A stretch of DNA of 64,000 bases, taken from assembly GCF_006345805.1 (NCBI RefSeq), contig NC_042997.1:192448001-192512000 (forward strand), written 5' to 3'. Shown one piece after another: positions 12,290 to 55,343 of this stretch. The first letter of the stretch is position 1, and each line of letters starts with the position of its first letter. This stretch comes from Octopus sinensis (lineage: Eukaryota). Both the position numbers and the translations under genes were made by a program. A model generated the notes under the pieces. The model was not told the DNA's origin. It did not search any database and worked only from the letters and a program-made list of their open reading frames with translations.

Positions 12290-13690
12290 GAGGAAGAAGT
12301 TCAGAAAATGATAGATATGATGGGCATGCAGAAGTGGCAGCATGAGGAGGTTGCAAAGAAAGAGGTAGCAAAATGTGTGAAGACACAGGAGAAAATGTTT
12401 GGAGAATGTATGGTTTCAGATTGGGATTGGTGAGAAGTACTTAAGATTGCAAAGGAACTAGCAGAAGAGAGATGTGATGTGACAAGGATGAGCTGCTTGA
12501 GAGATGAAACAGGAAAAATTGTGGACCCAGATAAAATTAAGGGAAGGTGAATGAAATATATGTAGAGACTGGTGTTTGTAGAGAATGAATTGGATGACAA
12601 CATAGATAGGAATCCAGTTCTAGAACTGGTAGAAGTAATGACTGAGAAAGATGTTGAAGTGTAGAAAAGTAAGAGACCCAATAGAAGTTGTGAGATCTGG
12701 TAAAAGCTGTAGGAGAGGGAAGAAAATATCTGAGAAGTATTGTTTAGGGGTAAAAGAAGACCGTGTTCCTGTTGATTGGGAATTGAGTACTAATTCCTCT
12801 GTACAAGAGAAAAGGCTATCTCTTGGACTATGGCTATACATAGAGCAAGTTATTGGAGCATAGAATATGGTCCAATAACATGCAAAGAGTATTAGAGAAG
12901 AGAATAAGGAAGAAAGTGAAGATCAGTGAAATAAAATTTAGATAATTCTAAGAGATTTTTTTTGTGCAAGGTACAAGGACATTGGAAAAGTTGTTTTGGG
13001 TTTGTTGATCTGGAGAAAGTTTTCAGTAGGGTTCCACTCAGTGGTGGCATAAACAATGATAGAATTAGGAGTAGATAAATGGTTGATTAATGATGTTGGT
13101 ATATGAGAGAATAGTCATACAATCCCAAAGATGATACAAATGAGTTTGAAGTGAAGTTAAGAGTACATTAGGGGGTCAGTATTAAGCATGCTATTAATTG
13201 CTGCCATAATGTGGGGAAGAGTTATGAAAATCATATTAATGAAGATGGAGATGGTTCTGAAATTGAAGGGAAAGTATGAGCTGAATGTGTGAAGTGCTCG
13301 GATTTATGGGAGTGAGACACGAGTCATGAATGTAGATCAACCGAGAAGACAGGAAAGAATGGAAATGAGGATGGTTTGATGGATAAGTGGAATATTGCTG
13401 ATGGAAAGGAAGACAATGAATTGCAGAGTGTAATGGAACAGAACCTGTGTGAAAAGAAATGAGGCGAAATATTTCGGTCATGTCCCAGGAAGGATAAGAG
13501 TAACTAACTGAGAGAAGTGATGGAAATGATCGTGGGAGGAAATAGAGGAAACGGAAAACCTAGAGAGAGATCTGGCTGAAGATGATGGAAGGAATGAGGG
13601 CAAGTGGAGTAATGATGTGGGGGGAATAGAAGACTGGGTAAATGGAGGAGACCATCATGGGACCTGTAAGTCTAGCTTCTACTTTAGGCA
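12290..13690 (+). mobile_element. RTE-clade LINE ORF2 fragment (RT to C-terminus), heavily decayed with internal deletions
   Basis: FVDLEKVFSRVP (13001), RVH*GSVLS (about 13160), IYGSET (about 13303), YFGHV (about 13470); purine-rich sense strand. Confidence 0.85.
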
Positions 13691-15388
13691 GGAAATAGCC
13701 TTAAAATGCTTGTTATTGTTATCTTGAACAGCTTGGATGATTTCTGAAAATAAATCAGGATATTGTCAATCATTCAATTTGGGTTTTGCTATGAAATAAC
13801 AAATATTCCTAAGTGGTGAGGTGTGAAATGTCATATATTAAGTGGTAAGTTGTACCTACTTAGAATGCATACTTAGAGAAGCCAATGAGAAAGCTTCAAT
13901 ATGATTGCTTGACCTGTTAGAAGTAGCTACCAAATCTTCAAATCAGTCCTTTTCATCTTAAAGAAATCATATTACATTGGACAATATAATCTTAGATGAA
14001 ATTAGGATATACTAACAAAGTTGGGATGGACACATCTGGAATTGCTTTGAGTTATAAGTCCACCAATCAGGGCTAACCTGAGTCAAACCAACAACAACAC
14101 AAATAGTTTAGCTCCTATTACCACAGAGACATTGGATTGGGTTGCCCATGTTCAGTTCACTGTAGGATGAAAGTTTTGGCATGTTCCCTCCACCAACCAT
14201 GGTCTGATGTGGAGGCTGTGAATTTAAGCTTGAGATCATACTGGTTTGATGAGCCTGTTCTGCCACAAGGGCTTGACATGGCTTGACATGGCTTGGCAGA
14301 GGGGTACAGTTTTTATACTCTTACCCAGGAGTAGTTAAGTTGATTACATTGACCTCAGTGCTCAACTGGTACTTATTTTATTGACTCTGAAAGGATGAAA
14401 GGCAAAGTTGATCTCAACAGAATTTGAGGTTGGATGAAATACTGCTAAGCATTTTGCCCAGCATGCTAATGATTCTGTCAGCCCACCTCCTTAACAATGA
14501 TAATGCAAAATAAATCCTTAATCCTGATCTAATAATCCGATGTCCACTGAAGTTGGCTAGCTCTAATTAAAACGGGATGCTACTGTAAAATTTCACCAAA
14601 CCACTAAAAGTTGAAAAGATACTACATAAAAAAAAAATATATATATATATATAGTAGTAGTAGAACCTTTATAATATAGATGCTATCCAACAAATGGAAT
14701 TGGTATATTTAAATACAGAAATCCCATAAACATTAAGTAAAAGTCTCCAAAGATTTTGTTTACCTGTAAAACCTATTTCCTAGTGGATAGGATCATGAAA
14801 TGGTAGATTTGGTTGAGCACCAGACAAAATACTTTGTGATATTTATTCTGGCTCTTTACATCCTGAGTTCAAATCTTGCTGAGGTCACTTTAGTCTTTCA
14901 CCCTTTCTGGGTTGGTAAAAAATAAATTTACCAGTCAAGTACTGAAGTCGATAGTATCATCTAATCTTCTTCCTCAAATTTCAGGCTTTGTGCCTATGCT
15001 AGTGTCATATTGGTGTTGTTGCTGTTGTTTGCTGTGGTAGCTGGTTGAGTTGAATGAAAATGTTTCTTCAGCTGTGTGAAGAAGTAACTGAGCAACACCC
15101 ATGAACATCTAACACAATAGTTCTCACTGGGAGTCCATATAATATTTTGCTTTTAAAATTTATGTCCAATAAATTGGCTATATTTCTAAATTACACAAAA
15201 TACTTTAACAATTTTTTTTTATATAATTCCTAACTATATTTAATAATAAAAATATGACAGGATTTTTTAAACATCAAATAGCCATGAGGGTCCAGTAGTT
15301 CTTTCAGTTTCCATCTATCAAATCCCCTCACAAGGCTTTGGTCAGCAGTTGTCAAGAGGTGATGAGAGGACTCAAAGACAAACACATA

Positions 15389-15906
15389 CTGTAAATCCTC
15401 GAGTATAATCTGCATTTTCCCCCCAAAATTTAAAGGTCAAAATCCTTAGTGCGTATTATACACGAGGTTAAAAATGAAAAATATTTTCTAAGCAATGTCC
15501 GAGTCTCTATTTGCTGTCCGGCAATGTTTATTCAGACACATTTTGTGATGTTGGGCTCGAAAATACCTTAAGCTAAGCCTGAAAGTAATGAAGTCATAAA
15601 AGAATCATCCATAACTTGCAGTAAGCAACATTTATTAAACGTTATTACTGTTATTACTGTTATTTCATTATTTTCTGCAAACAAAATGCACAAAAATGCT
15701 ACATGTCTGCATTATGTTATGTATACAATAATAAAGGACGTTACCGTATACATTTTTACAAACCAAAGACGTTATATAGACCTCCTTGACTCAAGTTAGA
15801 GAAAGGGTGCGTATTATACACATGGTTTAGGTTTTTCAGATATACAGCCCCCTAAAAATCCCCTGCATATTATACTCAAGAGCGGACTATACTTCAGGAT
15901 TTATGG
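15389..15906. mobile_element. pogo/Tigger-like MITE
   Basis: TA on both flanks; imperfect TIR CTGTAAATCCTCGAGTATA / TATACTTCAGGATTTATGG; subterminal GTGCGTATTATACAC repeated near both ends. Confidence 0.75.
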
Positions 15907-15910
15907 TAGA

Positions 15911-15956
<46 letters not shown>

Positions 15957-17254
15957 TACATATATGATGGGCTTCTTTCAGTTTTCATTTCCCAGATCCT
16001 CTCACAAGGCTTTGGTTGGCCTGAGGTTATAGTAGAAGACACTTGCCCAAGGTACCATGCAATGGCACTGAACCTGTAACCATGTGGCTGGAGAACAAGT
16101 TTCTTGCTACACTTGCGCCTGCATGTTTTTGGTATTTTTTAACCATTCCCCAAGATAACCATTACTAAGATTATTTCTGTTTTCAATCCTCCTATTCTGG
16201 TTATCTCTAGTTCCAGGCCTTTACATTTGGTTTATTATTAATAGTTTGCAAGTTAATTACTTCTGCTGGTGAGCCATTGATAACTCTGTACGGGACATGT
16301 TTAACTGAGGGGAAGAGCCTTCTTGCCTCATGCAGATAAATAAATACCGTGTAGCAAGGGAAAACAACATTAAGTACTTCACAGTGAATCTGATGTTGAC
16401 CTAGAACTGATGAAAGATAAGATTTTCTGGATGAATTTACATGGTGTGGGGTGGTGGTGAATGAGGGAGGAAGTTTGGAGCAGCATATTGGGTGGTGAGT
16501 CTATGGAGCACATAACGAAAACCATTTCACAAACCTTGTAAATTGATGCAGGGTGAAACCAACATGATCTTGGAAATAATATATAAAATCTTGATATCAA
16601 TGTGCCTAGCAATATATTATTCATATGTAATCTTGACTAGCTGTTGCCTGGCAGAAAATATGGCTCTTTAGATTTGATAATCTGAAAGGATTATCAATTA
16701 ATATCCGAGACCCTGTTTTTGTTTTCTTTTTCTAATTTTTTGTTTTTGTTCTTTGTTGTTGTTTTTATGAATAATCTACTTTATTCCTAGTTTCATTACA
16801 TTATCTTCAAGCAAAGTATTTTACATGCTTTGAGGTGAGGAGGCTTGCAAATAACTTAGTAAATACTTCTTAGATTTAAGTGATTCATTTCAAGTTGGCT
16901 GAATGGTTAAGTTCACCTTTTACAACTTGTAAGCTTTGGGTTCAATCCTATCTTGGGCTATAGTCTCAGGCCAGTCAGTACCTTGTGAGTGAAATTTGGT
17001 AGTCAGACTATCCAGAAACCTATCAAGTATGTGTGTGCATAAGCATAAATTTTCTTATTGTTGATCAGCTTTAATTTTAGTTTTTGAATGACTTTAGATA
17101 AACTAATTTTAAAATCTCAAGTTATGCCATGCTGAAGAGCCCAGAATCAGGGTGAAATGGTACTATCCACAACCATATAATAAAAGAATTACATTGAAAA
17201 AATATGTAATAAGTATGCTGTTTTCATGTTTTGATAATGATTTCTCAATGTATA

Positions 17255-17645
17255 GGCATAGGAGTGGCTGTGTGGTAAGTAGCTTGCTTACCAACCACAT
17301 GGTTCCAGGTTCAGTCCCACTGTGTGGCACCTTGGGCAAGTGTGTTCTACTATAGCCTCAGGCCGACCAAAGCCTTGTGAGTGGATTTGGTAGATGGAAA
17401 CTGAAAGAAGCCCATCGTATATATGTATATACGTGTGTGTATGTTTGTGTGTCTGTGTTTGTCCCCCCAACATCGCTTGACAACTGATGCTGGTGTGTTT
17501 ACGTCCCCGTAACTTAGCGGTTCCGCAAAAGAGACCGCTAGAATAAGTACTAGGCTTACAAAGAATGTCCTGGGGTCGATTTGCTCGACTAATGGCAGTG
17601 CTCTAGCATGGCCACAGTCAAATGACAAACAAGTAAAAGTATAAG
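17255..17645 (+). mobile_element. SINE family A (tRNA-like head, CORE-like CCTTGGGCAAGT, internal (TA/TG)n, tail ..GACTGAAACAAGTAAAAGA)
   Basis: Full-length copy. Others at about 1-142(-), 2046-2402, 2520-2670(-), 4465-4625, 15960-16120(-), 20490-20660(-), 27228-27818, 28303-28925, 54313-54674(-), 56490-56650, 58294-58686, 60602-61024(-), 61228-61676(-), 63067-63205. Confidence 0.9.
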
Positions 17646-18751
17646 GCGAAAAGAAAACATATACTTAGAAGTGATTTTATCACCTTAAATAGCAATTCTC
17701 TCTCTCACATTATATAATAGCTCCTAGTTAACAAAAACCGTGCATTCATATTGTCTCTGAGAAAAAAAAAACTGGTGTTTTATCTCTTCCATAAACACTA
17801 CATCCTGAAGCTCATTTCGTGTGAACGGTGACGTTGCCTTTGGCAGTGTTTGAACCATGCGTGCAGGGAGTCAAAACTAAAGCTGCAAGTCATTGTATCT
17901 AATACTGTAATCACTTTGCCAACGTACTAGTTTTATGTAGTCTACCTAGCTTTAAATTGCCCTTGAAACTTTTTCTTTTTTTAAGATAACAATGTGTTCA
18001 AAATTATTGAATTAAAAAAAAAATTAAAGATAATCAAAGATGCTCTTTTAATTCCACAATAAACATTTCTCATCTCATCAGGTATATACATGCCTTGTTT
18101 GAGTTTATCCAACTAAAAAAAATAATTGATATCTCTGTGAAGATAAGATGTCATAATTATATGTAAAACTAGCCTAAAATTCTTTTTATAGATTTTCTTT
18201 CCTCCTAACAACGTTGATATAACGGCTCACTTGGACAAGTTTCTCTATAATGAACTTGCACAACAGTCATCACTAAACCTGTTAGGACAGGATGTGACTT
18301 GCACTGATTAAATTGTCGGTGTATTATTTAGGTGTGGAATATCTTTCTGGTTTGCTTGTTTACACAGGCCATCCTCACTAATTATATTGCTTTATCAATT
18401 TTATTTTATTTTTATTTCACCACAGACAAATACTAAGATGCACCTCTATCAATTGTTACGCAATCAATAAAAAAAGATAACTGCTTCATTAGTATAGTAT
18501 TCTCTGAGGATTGGGCTGGCTCTTCTTAATCCAAGATAATCACCTTTCATCTAACGACTTAGTACCGGCTACAGACATTGATCTTTTTGAAAAATTAACC
18601 CCCTAACCCCAGCGGACTCTATTGAAGGTCCATTGTCACATCAGTGGTAAATGTTTTTCTTTTCTTTTTTTTTTTTTTTTAGTCTAAAGTGTCAATTCTG
18701 TAATTTTGTTAATTTCATTAATTCTAATTAACCTAATTTTTCATCTTCAGT

Positions 18752-18974
18752 TTAACCTTTTAGCATTTAAAGCGGCCATCTCAATCTCAACACATTCTAC
18801 CTGTTTTATGTTCAAACTGGCCTTTCACACCTGCTTACTGGACAATGTAATTCTAAAAATAAACAATCACATCTTCGAAATTTCGAAGCAATGAGATAAT
18901 TCACAATCAATTTGAAACAGTGTGAATAAATAAGCATTACATTTAACAGAGTAGTCTGATAGCTAGAAGGTTAA
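18752..18974. mobile_element. piggyBac-like MITE, about 225 bp
   Basis: TTAA at both ends; TIR CCTTTTAGCATT / GATAGCTAGAAGG; homologous second copy at 32207-32434. Confidence 0.7.
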
Positions 18975-19737
18975 GTTGTAATAAGTGTTGTTAAATGATA
19001 ATGTGTACCAATCATGTTTGTATCCCAGTTTGTAAATAGATACTGGAATATTCCTTTGTTCAACTTTAGGTTTGCTTTTATCATTATACATGAATGCATC
19101 TAGGCCTGACTATGTAATGCAAGTAAGTGCATCAGCTGCTAAATATAGAAAGAACTCCGTATGGTGAAGCAAGGTCAGTCACCATCATTGTTGCTATAAC
19201 CACCACCACTGCCGCCACTATCACCATCAGCATCATAACCATCATCATCATTCACAATATTATAAAGATATACATTTAACACTAAATTCTCTTTAGAATT
19301 TGTTTATTTCCAAAGCTAAGTATTTCCATGGCACTAAAAGTATGTCTGTTAGGATTGCCTGCTGTAAAATGCTGTGAAAAATTTAAATTGTGGAGAGAAT
19401 AAAAAAAAAACGTGCATTTTGATTTTTGATGGGTTATTGCCAGTCAACTATTTTCTCTGCTTTGATGTGAGCACATTGTTTCTCTTGACAGACTAGATTA
19501 ATCAATGGAACAGACTGAACATTGTAACAACTGGGAATTGGGAAAACGAAGTTGTTGGGATAGGAGATTGGGTGGGAAAGGAAGCCACCTTTTATCTTTC
19601 ATCTCAAGTTACAAAATTGATATCCAGAGTTAATACTTTGGTAAAAAAAAAATACTATAATTGCATGTTATAATTGATTGTTGTTTATGGTTAAAAATAT
19701 AATTGAAACATTTTATTTATTTATTTTTTTTCTGTAG

Positions 19738-48894
<29,157 letters not shown>

Positions 48895-49636
48895 AAGCTT
48901 ACTACAACAGAACCACCTCCTAAAAAACTTTAAAATTTGCCATTCTCATTTCTGTCATTACCTCTTCAACCACCACCTTTACTGCAATTCCTGGCCAACC
49001 TTTACTAATTCTAACATTCACCCAATTTCTCTTATAACTTGATTACCTTGATACCTTTTCTTTCTTTCTTTTTATTTTTTTAACATCCTTTCTTTCACCT
49101 AATACTAAATTTTACCCACCATCACTATCTCTGTTGGTAGTGTTTGAAATACTCATCTAGTCTTTAAATCAGTATTAGGTAACAGGCCAGTGCTGTTTGC
49201 TACACATTTAGTTATAAAAAAAAAAGTTTGATTTCAATAGTATGCTTTTTTTAAATTCTTAGAGTATTTCGATTATTTAACTAAACACTTTATTTGATTA
49301 TAATTATATATCATGAAGAAATTTTTTTCTTTCTTTTTCTTTTCAAAATTTGAGAGAACAATAATACAAGAATATTTCTTCATTTGAGTGTTTGCATTGT
49401 TTTTGTTTTGAAAGATGGCAGAATTTGATTTGAATATCTAATATTAATAGCATATCGTATTGTAGATAAGTATTCACAATGTTTATGCTATTGGAGTGCC
49501 ATGTCAAAAACAGCTACGTTATTGTGTGTTGGTATGCATGTGGATATGTGTCTGTGAGAAATAAACTTTGAGCTTAAAATCCAAACTGAAAATCATATAA
49601 ACATAATTGTGTTCTTTCTATACTGTTTTGTTAGCT

Positions 49637-49688
<52 letters not shown>

Positions 49689-52600
49689 TCTGCTTATAGT
49701 ACCTTCTGTTTGTAGTATTTAAATGTTTTGTCATGTTACATAGTCACTAAGGTACTGGGAACAATGATTTAAATCTAAATCAATTAAATTCAACCAGAAC
49801 TGCTTTCAACACTAGAAAAATACGGTAGGATGCATTAAATATCTCTCATAGAATTTAAACTCTTCAATAGTTATAATGTGACAAGATTTTGTAATAATAG
49901 TTATTGTTAAGCCAACAAATCAAGAGGTTTGTAAGGACATCAACTCAGATTTGCAATATCCAAAAAGGTTTTCACTAATGCCAGCCACATTCATGGCATT
50001 TTACATCACTGAAACCACTAATTCTCTTGAGTATGGCACTGAATAAATGTTGGCTTCTTTTGAAGAATCTCTCTAGATTTACAACCGTTTTCCTCATTTG
50101 GCTTGTTGCTTTTGTTCCCTCTTTAGACTTTGGTTTGTGTTTCTGTCTAAAACTGACACATTACTACTCTCCATGCAGCTTGCACTACTGCTGCTGTAAG
50201 TAATTTGCTAACTCATTCATTATCCTGGACAAGTTCTCTCTGCTTTTTGCTTTTTTTTTTTTTTTTTTTTTTCCCCCCCAATTTTTTTTCTTTCTCCAAT
50301 AACAATGTACTGTGACTTTCCTCCAAAACTTACTCTTTGATCGCAGCAGAGATGCTTAGTAACATAAACGACTCTGTCTAACTCAGCAGATTCCTGGTAA
50401 CAGCATTACTTCCTTTTCACATGACCAGCAACCAGCCATTATGCATCCATCCACCAACAACTGGGGTGCAGCAAGGTGATGTTCGACGAAGAATGTTGTT
50501 TTGTTTCAAACCCTTTTGCGTTATGTGTGGTTCTGTATGCATGTTCATGTGCACGAATGCACATACACACACACACACACACACAAATTTGCCCACTCAG
50601 ATGTATGTACACTTACACACATACATAGAACGAAGGTTCTAAAACTGGTCTTTTACATGTTAAATGTGGTTTAAACTTTTCTGAAAAATTTTCTCCATCT
50701 AATCCTGTAATTTTTTTTTTTTCTCCTCTAAAATAACTTTACCAAAAATATCCTTTCAATATTTTTCTGAAATATTAGAAATTCTATCTTGCTTGAATCT
50801 TTTGTACTTTAATACATGGTTTAACATTAAAAAAAGCTCTCATTTAAAATGGGTGAGGATTTGAGAAAATTTGTTAATTTTTCTCAAAGAAATTAGTAAA
50901 TTTTTTTTTATAATGTTTTGCCATTTTTTATTTATATTTTTTTTTAGATTAATGAATTATTATTATTATTATTACTATTATTATGATGGTGAGCTGGTAG
51001 AATCAGTGTGTCGGACAAAATGCTTCTCAGCATTTCTTCTGGCTTCACGTTCTGAGTTCAAATTCCGCAGAGGCCGACTTTACCTTTCATCCTTTCGGGG
51101 TCAACAAAATTAGAACCAGTTGAGCACTGGGGTTGATGTAATCAACTAACCCCTTCCCCCAAAATTCCAGGCCTTGTGTTTAGAGTATAAAGAGTTATTT
51201 ATATTCATAGGGTGGTAGGTTAGCAGAATTGTTTAAGTGTCAGAAAAACTACTTTACAGTATTTTTCCTGGCTCTTTACATTCTGAGTTCTGATCCTACC
51301 AAGGTCAACTTTGCCTTTCATCCTTCCACGGCCGATAAAATAAAGTACCAGTCAAGTACTGGGGTTGATACCATTGACCAACTCTGTTCCCCAAACTTGC
51401 TGGCCTTGTGCCAAAATTAGGAAGAAGTATTATTATTCATCTTGTGGGGGTAAAAGAAATAAACCACCAGCCAATTTCTGGGGGTTGATATAATCAACAA
51501 ATGTGCCCTCTCCCAAAATTTGACCATGTGCCAGTATTAATCCTTATTAATTCTGCCATCTTTGAATGAAACAAAAACTGAAACTGAAGACAGCTACTGC
51601 TATAAGTTCCCAAGTCATACTGGCGTGTGTGTAATTTGAATACTTTTAAAACCTAGTCTTCAATTATGAGATTTTATCATTTGAACAGTGCCAAGAAATA
51701 ACTTCCATTATATTTCAATTAAAATCAGCTTTTCTGTATATCTTTTTTCCGAAAAGAAATTTTTTTTTTTACAAAAAGAAGATAAATTAAAATTTTCTAA
51801 ATATTTTCAATTACTCTTGGAATTTAAATCTCAAAAAACATTTCACTAACATTTTATCAGTCTTTAAAAAAAAAAACCCAAGTCTAGACAAAGATGCTAG
51901 TCTGACAGTGAAAAGAAAAAAATATTCTTTAAAAATATACTCTTTAAAAAAGAAATTAGGATTATATTTGCATACATTAAATCCAGATATGTTTCCCCAT
52001 ATCAATATTGTTGACTGATAAAGTCTGTTTAATTAATATTTTACTACATTTATCTCACAATCTGCAACCACTTTACCAAATTCCACACCATTGAGAAACT
52101 CCTCTTCATTTGATAGACTTGGCAAATACTTTATGTAAACTTGTTATATTATTTATATTCTATTTTATTATTCTAAATGGAAGCATTTTGAAAATCCACT
52201 GATTTAAATAAAAACTGATAACATTTGAAGAAAGTTCACAATCGAAAGTTTAACATTTCTCTAACAGAATTCAACAAGTTGATGACTTAAGCCTTACTTT
52301 TATTACAGTAATTATTTTGTGAAAAATCTATATTCTGAAACTTCCTGATTTATTGATACAAGATACAAAAATGTATTCAATTAATCTTATAGGAGACCAT
52401 TTCATGTTAGTGTCCAAACTTTTTTGTTTTTGAATGTCATCTGACATTTATGATAGCTATTATTAGGGTCCATTTCCTGCCCCCATTTTTACAGATTTTC
52501 CTTCATAGTTTTCTACAGAAATCTTCATTAAAACAACTTGTTTTATTTATAAACAGCTATCATATTTTTTTCATAGAAAACCTTTTGTATTAGTTGGAAA

Positions 52601-54079
52601 CAAAAGCCTTGCCTGAAATTGCCTATACACATTCAAGTTTTCCCTGGACATGCTGCCTTTGTAATGAAGTGTAGTTGCTCTTGAAATTACTTATATGCCT
52701 AATTAGCTTCATTAAGTTGCAATACTGTCAAATTTATTTTCTAAAAAACAATAAAAAAAAGATAAGAATTTGTTGCTAGTTTATTTTGTCCAATGACCAA
52801 TGGTAGTAGACCTGTTTGTCCAATGGTTACCAGATTGTCAGAAAATTGTACCCTTCTTAATACCACTTGGCTTGTTTAGTTTTCTTTGTAGAAGTTCTCT
52901 TGAGTTGTTGTTTTGTTTTTTCTCCATTCCCTCTTCCCGCTCCCTCCTTCCTCTCTTCCTATCGGTTAACTAGCAGAGCAATCAGTGTTCAAATGATTAT
53001 TTCACAGCTTTTCATCACATCCTTCCATTTTTCTCCATTATCACAAATGGATTAACTGACAATTATATAAATTCAACATTATTTTTTTTACTAAGTCCAT
53101 TTTGCTACCATTTCTTTCACAGAAAACCAAACCCATCTTGCACATTACTGAGATCTTTAATGAAACCATTCTATATCCTTTAATAAGCACCTAATGGCAT
53201 GGGATGGAGAATATTCATTTCTTCATTTAAATGAAGACACTCTGTGTCGGATGTTGTCATTAGTATATTTTGCCACTTTTCTATTTAATACCTTAAACAT
53301 ACATCAATGCACACAGTACTGTGCAAAGACAGATTAATAATAGTTAATTATTCAAACTGAGTTTTGCCTATAACTTGACTTCTTCCACTGCATGGTGGCC
53401 ACTTATGATAGCAATACACACTCAGCTGATGTTAATTTCTGTGTTATGTGCAAATTAACATCTTTCCAGGCGCACTAATATGTACAGGTGCAGACGTGCC
53501 CTTACGTATAAATTCTTTTCAGGTTTTGTGACTTTTCGTAACTTGTCACAACATCCATGGTGGAGAATCATGTCTAACTGGGCAGGGGTCCATGTGATTT
53601 ATTTATTCCTCATACGAAGGAAGTATAAATAAAAGGTATTTGTTTGTATACTCTGTTCACATATCAGTACTTGCAGATATATGTATATTTGGCCATCCTC
53701 AAAGTAAATACATACATTCACCTACAACTAACTAGACACTGATATTACATTATGTATGTGTGTGTATGTGGAGTTCCATTTATGCTTCCTTCAATTCATA
53801 TATTTTGTCTAATTTGAATGTATTTTGAATTAAATAGAATTGTGCATAACATACTGGATCCCTTGCTGACTGCTGCCAATTTGTCAGTTGGAAAGGAGAT
53901 TATTTTGCAAATAAATCTTATTGTAATTTATTGAAATAAAGAAAGTATTTGTAGGAGAATTTCTCTATGAAATTGTTTTGTTGTCTTTAACAAATATTGG
54001 TTTGCATGTTTTGTATTTCTCTCTACAAATTCTATTACCAAGCTTTTTCTATGCATCTGTATTTCAAATTGATCTGTTT

Positions 54080-54290
54080 TATTTAATGACCATCCATAGA
54101 GCTTTTGTGAATCTAAATCAATTTCTTAATCATCAATATGGATTTTATAAAACCAGATCTACTGGAGACCTCATCTTCTGCATCAGTCATCAATGGGCTT
54201 TCAGCTGAGAGAAATTTAGTGGAAACATTGCTGTCCTCCGCATCAGCAAAGTTGTTGATCATATCTGGCGTGTAGGTAGGAGACATTTTG
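54080..54290 (+). mobile_element. CR1/L2-type LINE reverse transcriptase fragment
   Basis: NHQYGFYKTRSTGDL..ISKVVDHIW, matching QYGFRxxRSTxD..DISKAFDRVWH; cut on the right by a family A SINE. Confidence 0.75.
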
Positions 54291-55312
54291 GCATTGCTAA
54301 TTCAGTGCTGACTTACTCTTTTACTTGTTTCAGCCATTTGACTGTGGCCATGCTGGAGCACCGCCTTTAGTCGAGCAAATCGACCCCAGGACTTACTCTT
54401 TGTAAACCTAGTATTTCTTCTATTGGTCACTTTTACCGGACCGCTAAGTTATGGGGACGTAAACACACCAGCATCGGTTGTCAAACACAAACATATACAC
54501 ACACAAACATATATATATATATACACACATCTATACGACGGGCTTCTTTCAGTTTCTGTCTACCAAATCTACTCACAAGGCTTTAGTCAGCCTGAGGCTG
54601 CCATGCAGTGGGACTGAACCTGGAACCATGTTGTTCGTAAGCAAGCTACTTACCACACAGCCACTCCTATGCCTATTTGATATCAGACATTTTAATGTTT
54701 CTCTTGTTCTCTCCTTCCTCTTTCTCTGTTTGTCTTGGAGCAGATTTCTCTTCTCTCTTCTCACCTACATTGTGTCTACTCTGAAGCTGTGCACTAACCA
54801 CCACCCAGCCATATGTGCTTAGAACAATGGCTGTCTGGTTTTCCAACTATATATTTAAAACGGTGAGCTGGAAGAATCATTAGCATGCTGGGTAAAATGC
54901 TTAGCGGCATTTTGTCCGTCTTTGTTCTGAATTCAAATTCCACTGTAGTAGACATTGCCTTTCATTCTTTTGGAGTTAATGGAATAAGTATCAGTAAGAC
55001 ACCGAGGTCAATGGAATCAACTAGCCCCCCTCCCCCAAATTTCAGGCCTTGTGCCTATAGGGTTGGATTATTATTAAGGCAATGAGCTGGCAGAAACGTT
55101 AGCACGCCGGGCGAAATGCTTAACAGTATTTCGTCTGCCGTTATGTTGTGAGTTCAAATTCCGCCAAGGTTGACTTTGCCTTTCATCCTTTCGGGGTCGA
55201 TAAATTAAGTACCAGTTACGCACTGGGATCAATGTGATCGACTTAATACCTATATTTGTCCTTGTTTGTCCCGTGTTTAGCCCATTGTGAGTTCAAATTC
55301 TGCCGAGGTCAG

Positions 55313-55343
<31 letters not shown>

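Noticed and set aside
19060-19112. Candidate upstream CerS exon ending ..SRPDYVMQ|gtaagt
   Set aside because: No acceptor gives the expected length or phase, and the upstream frame does not resemble CerS
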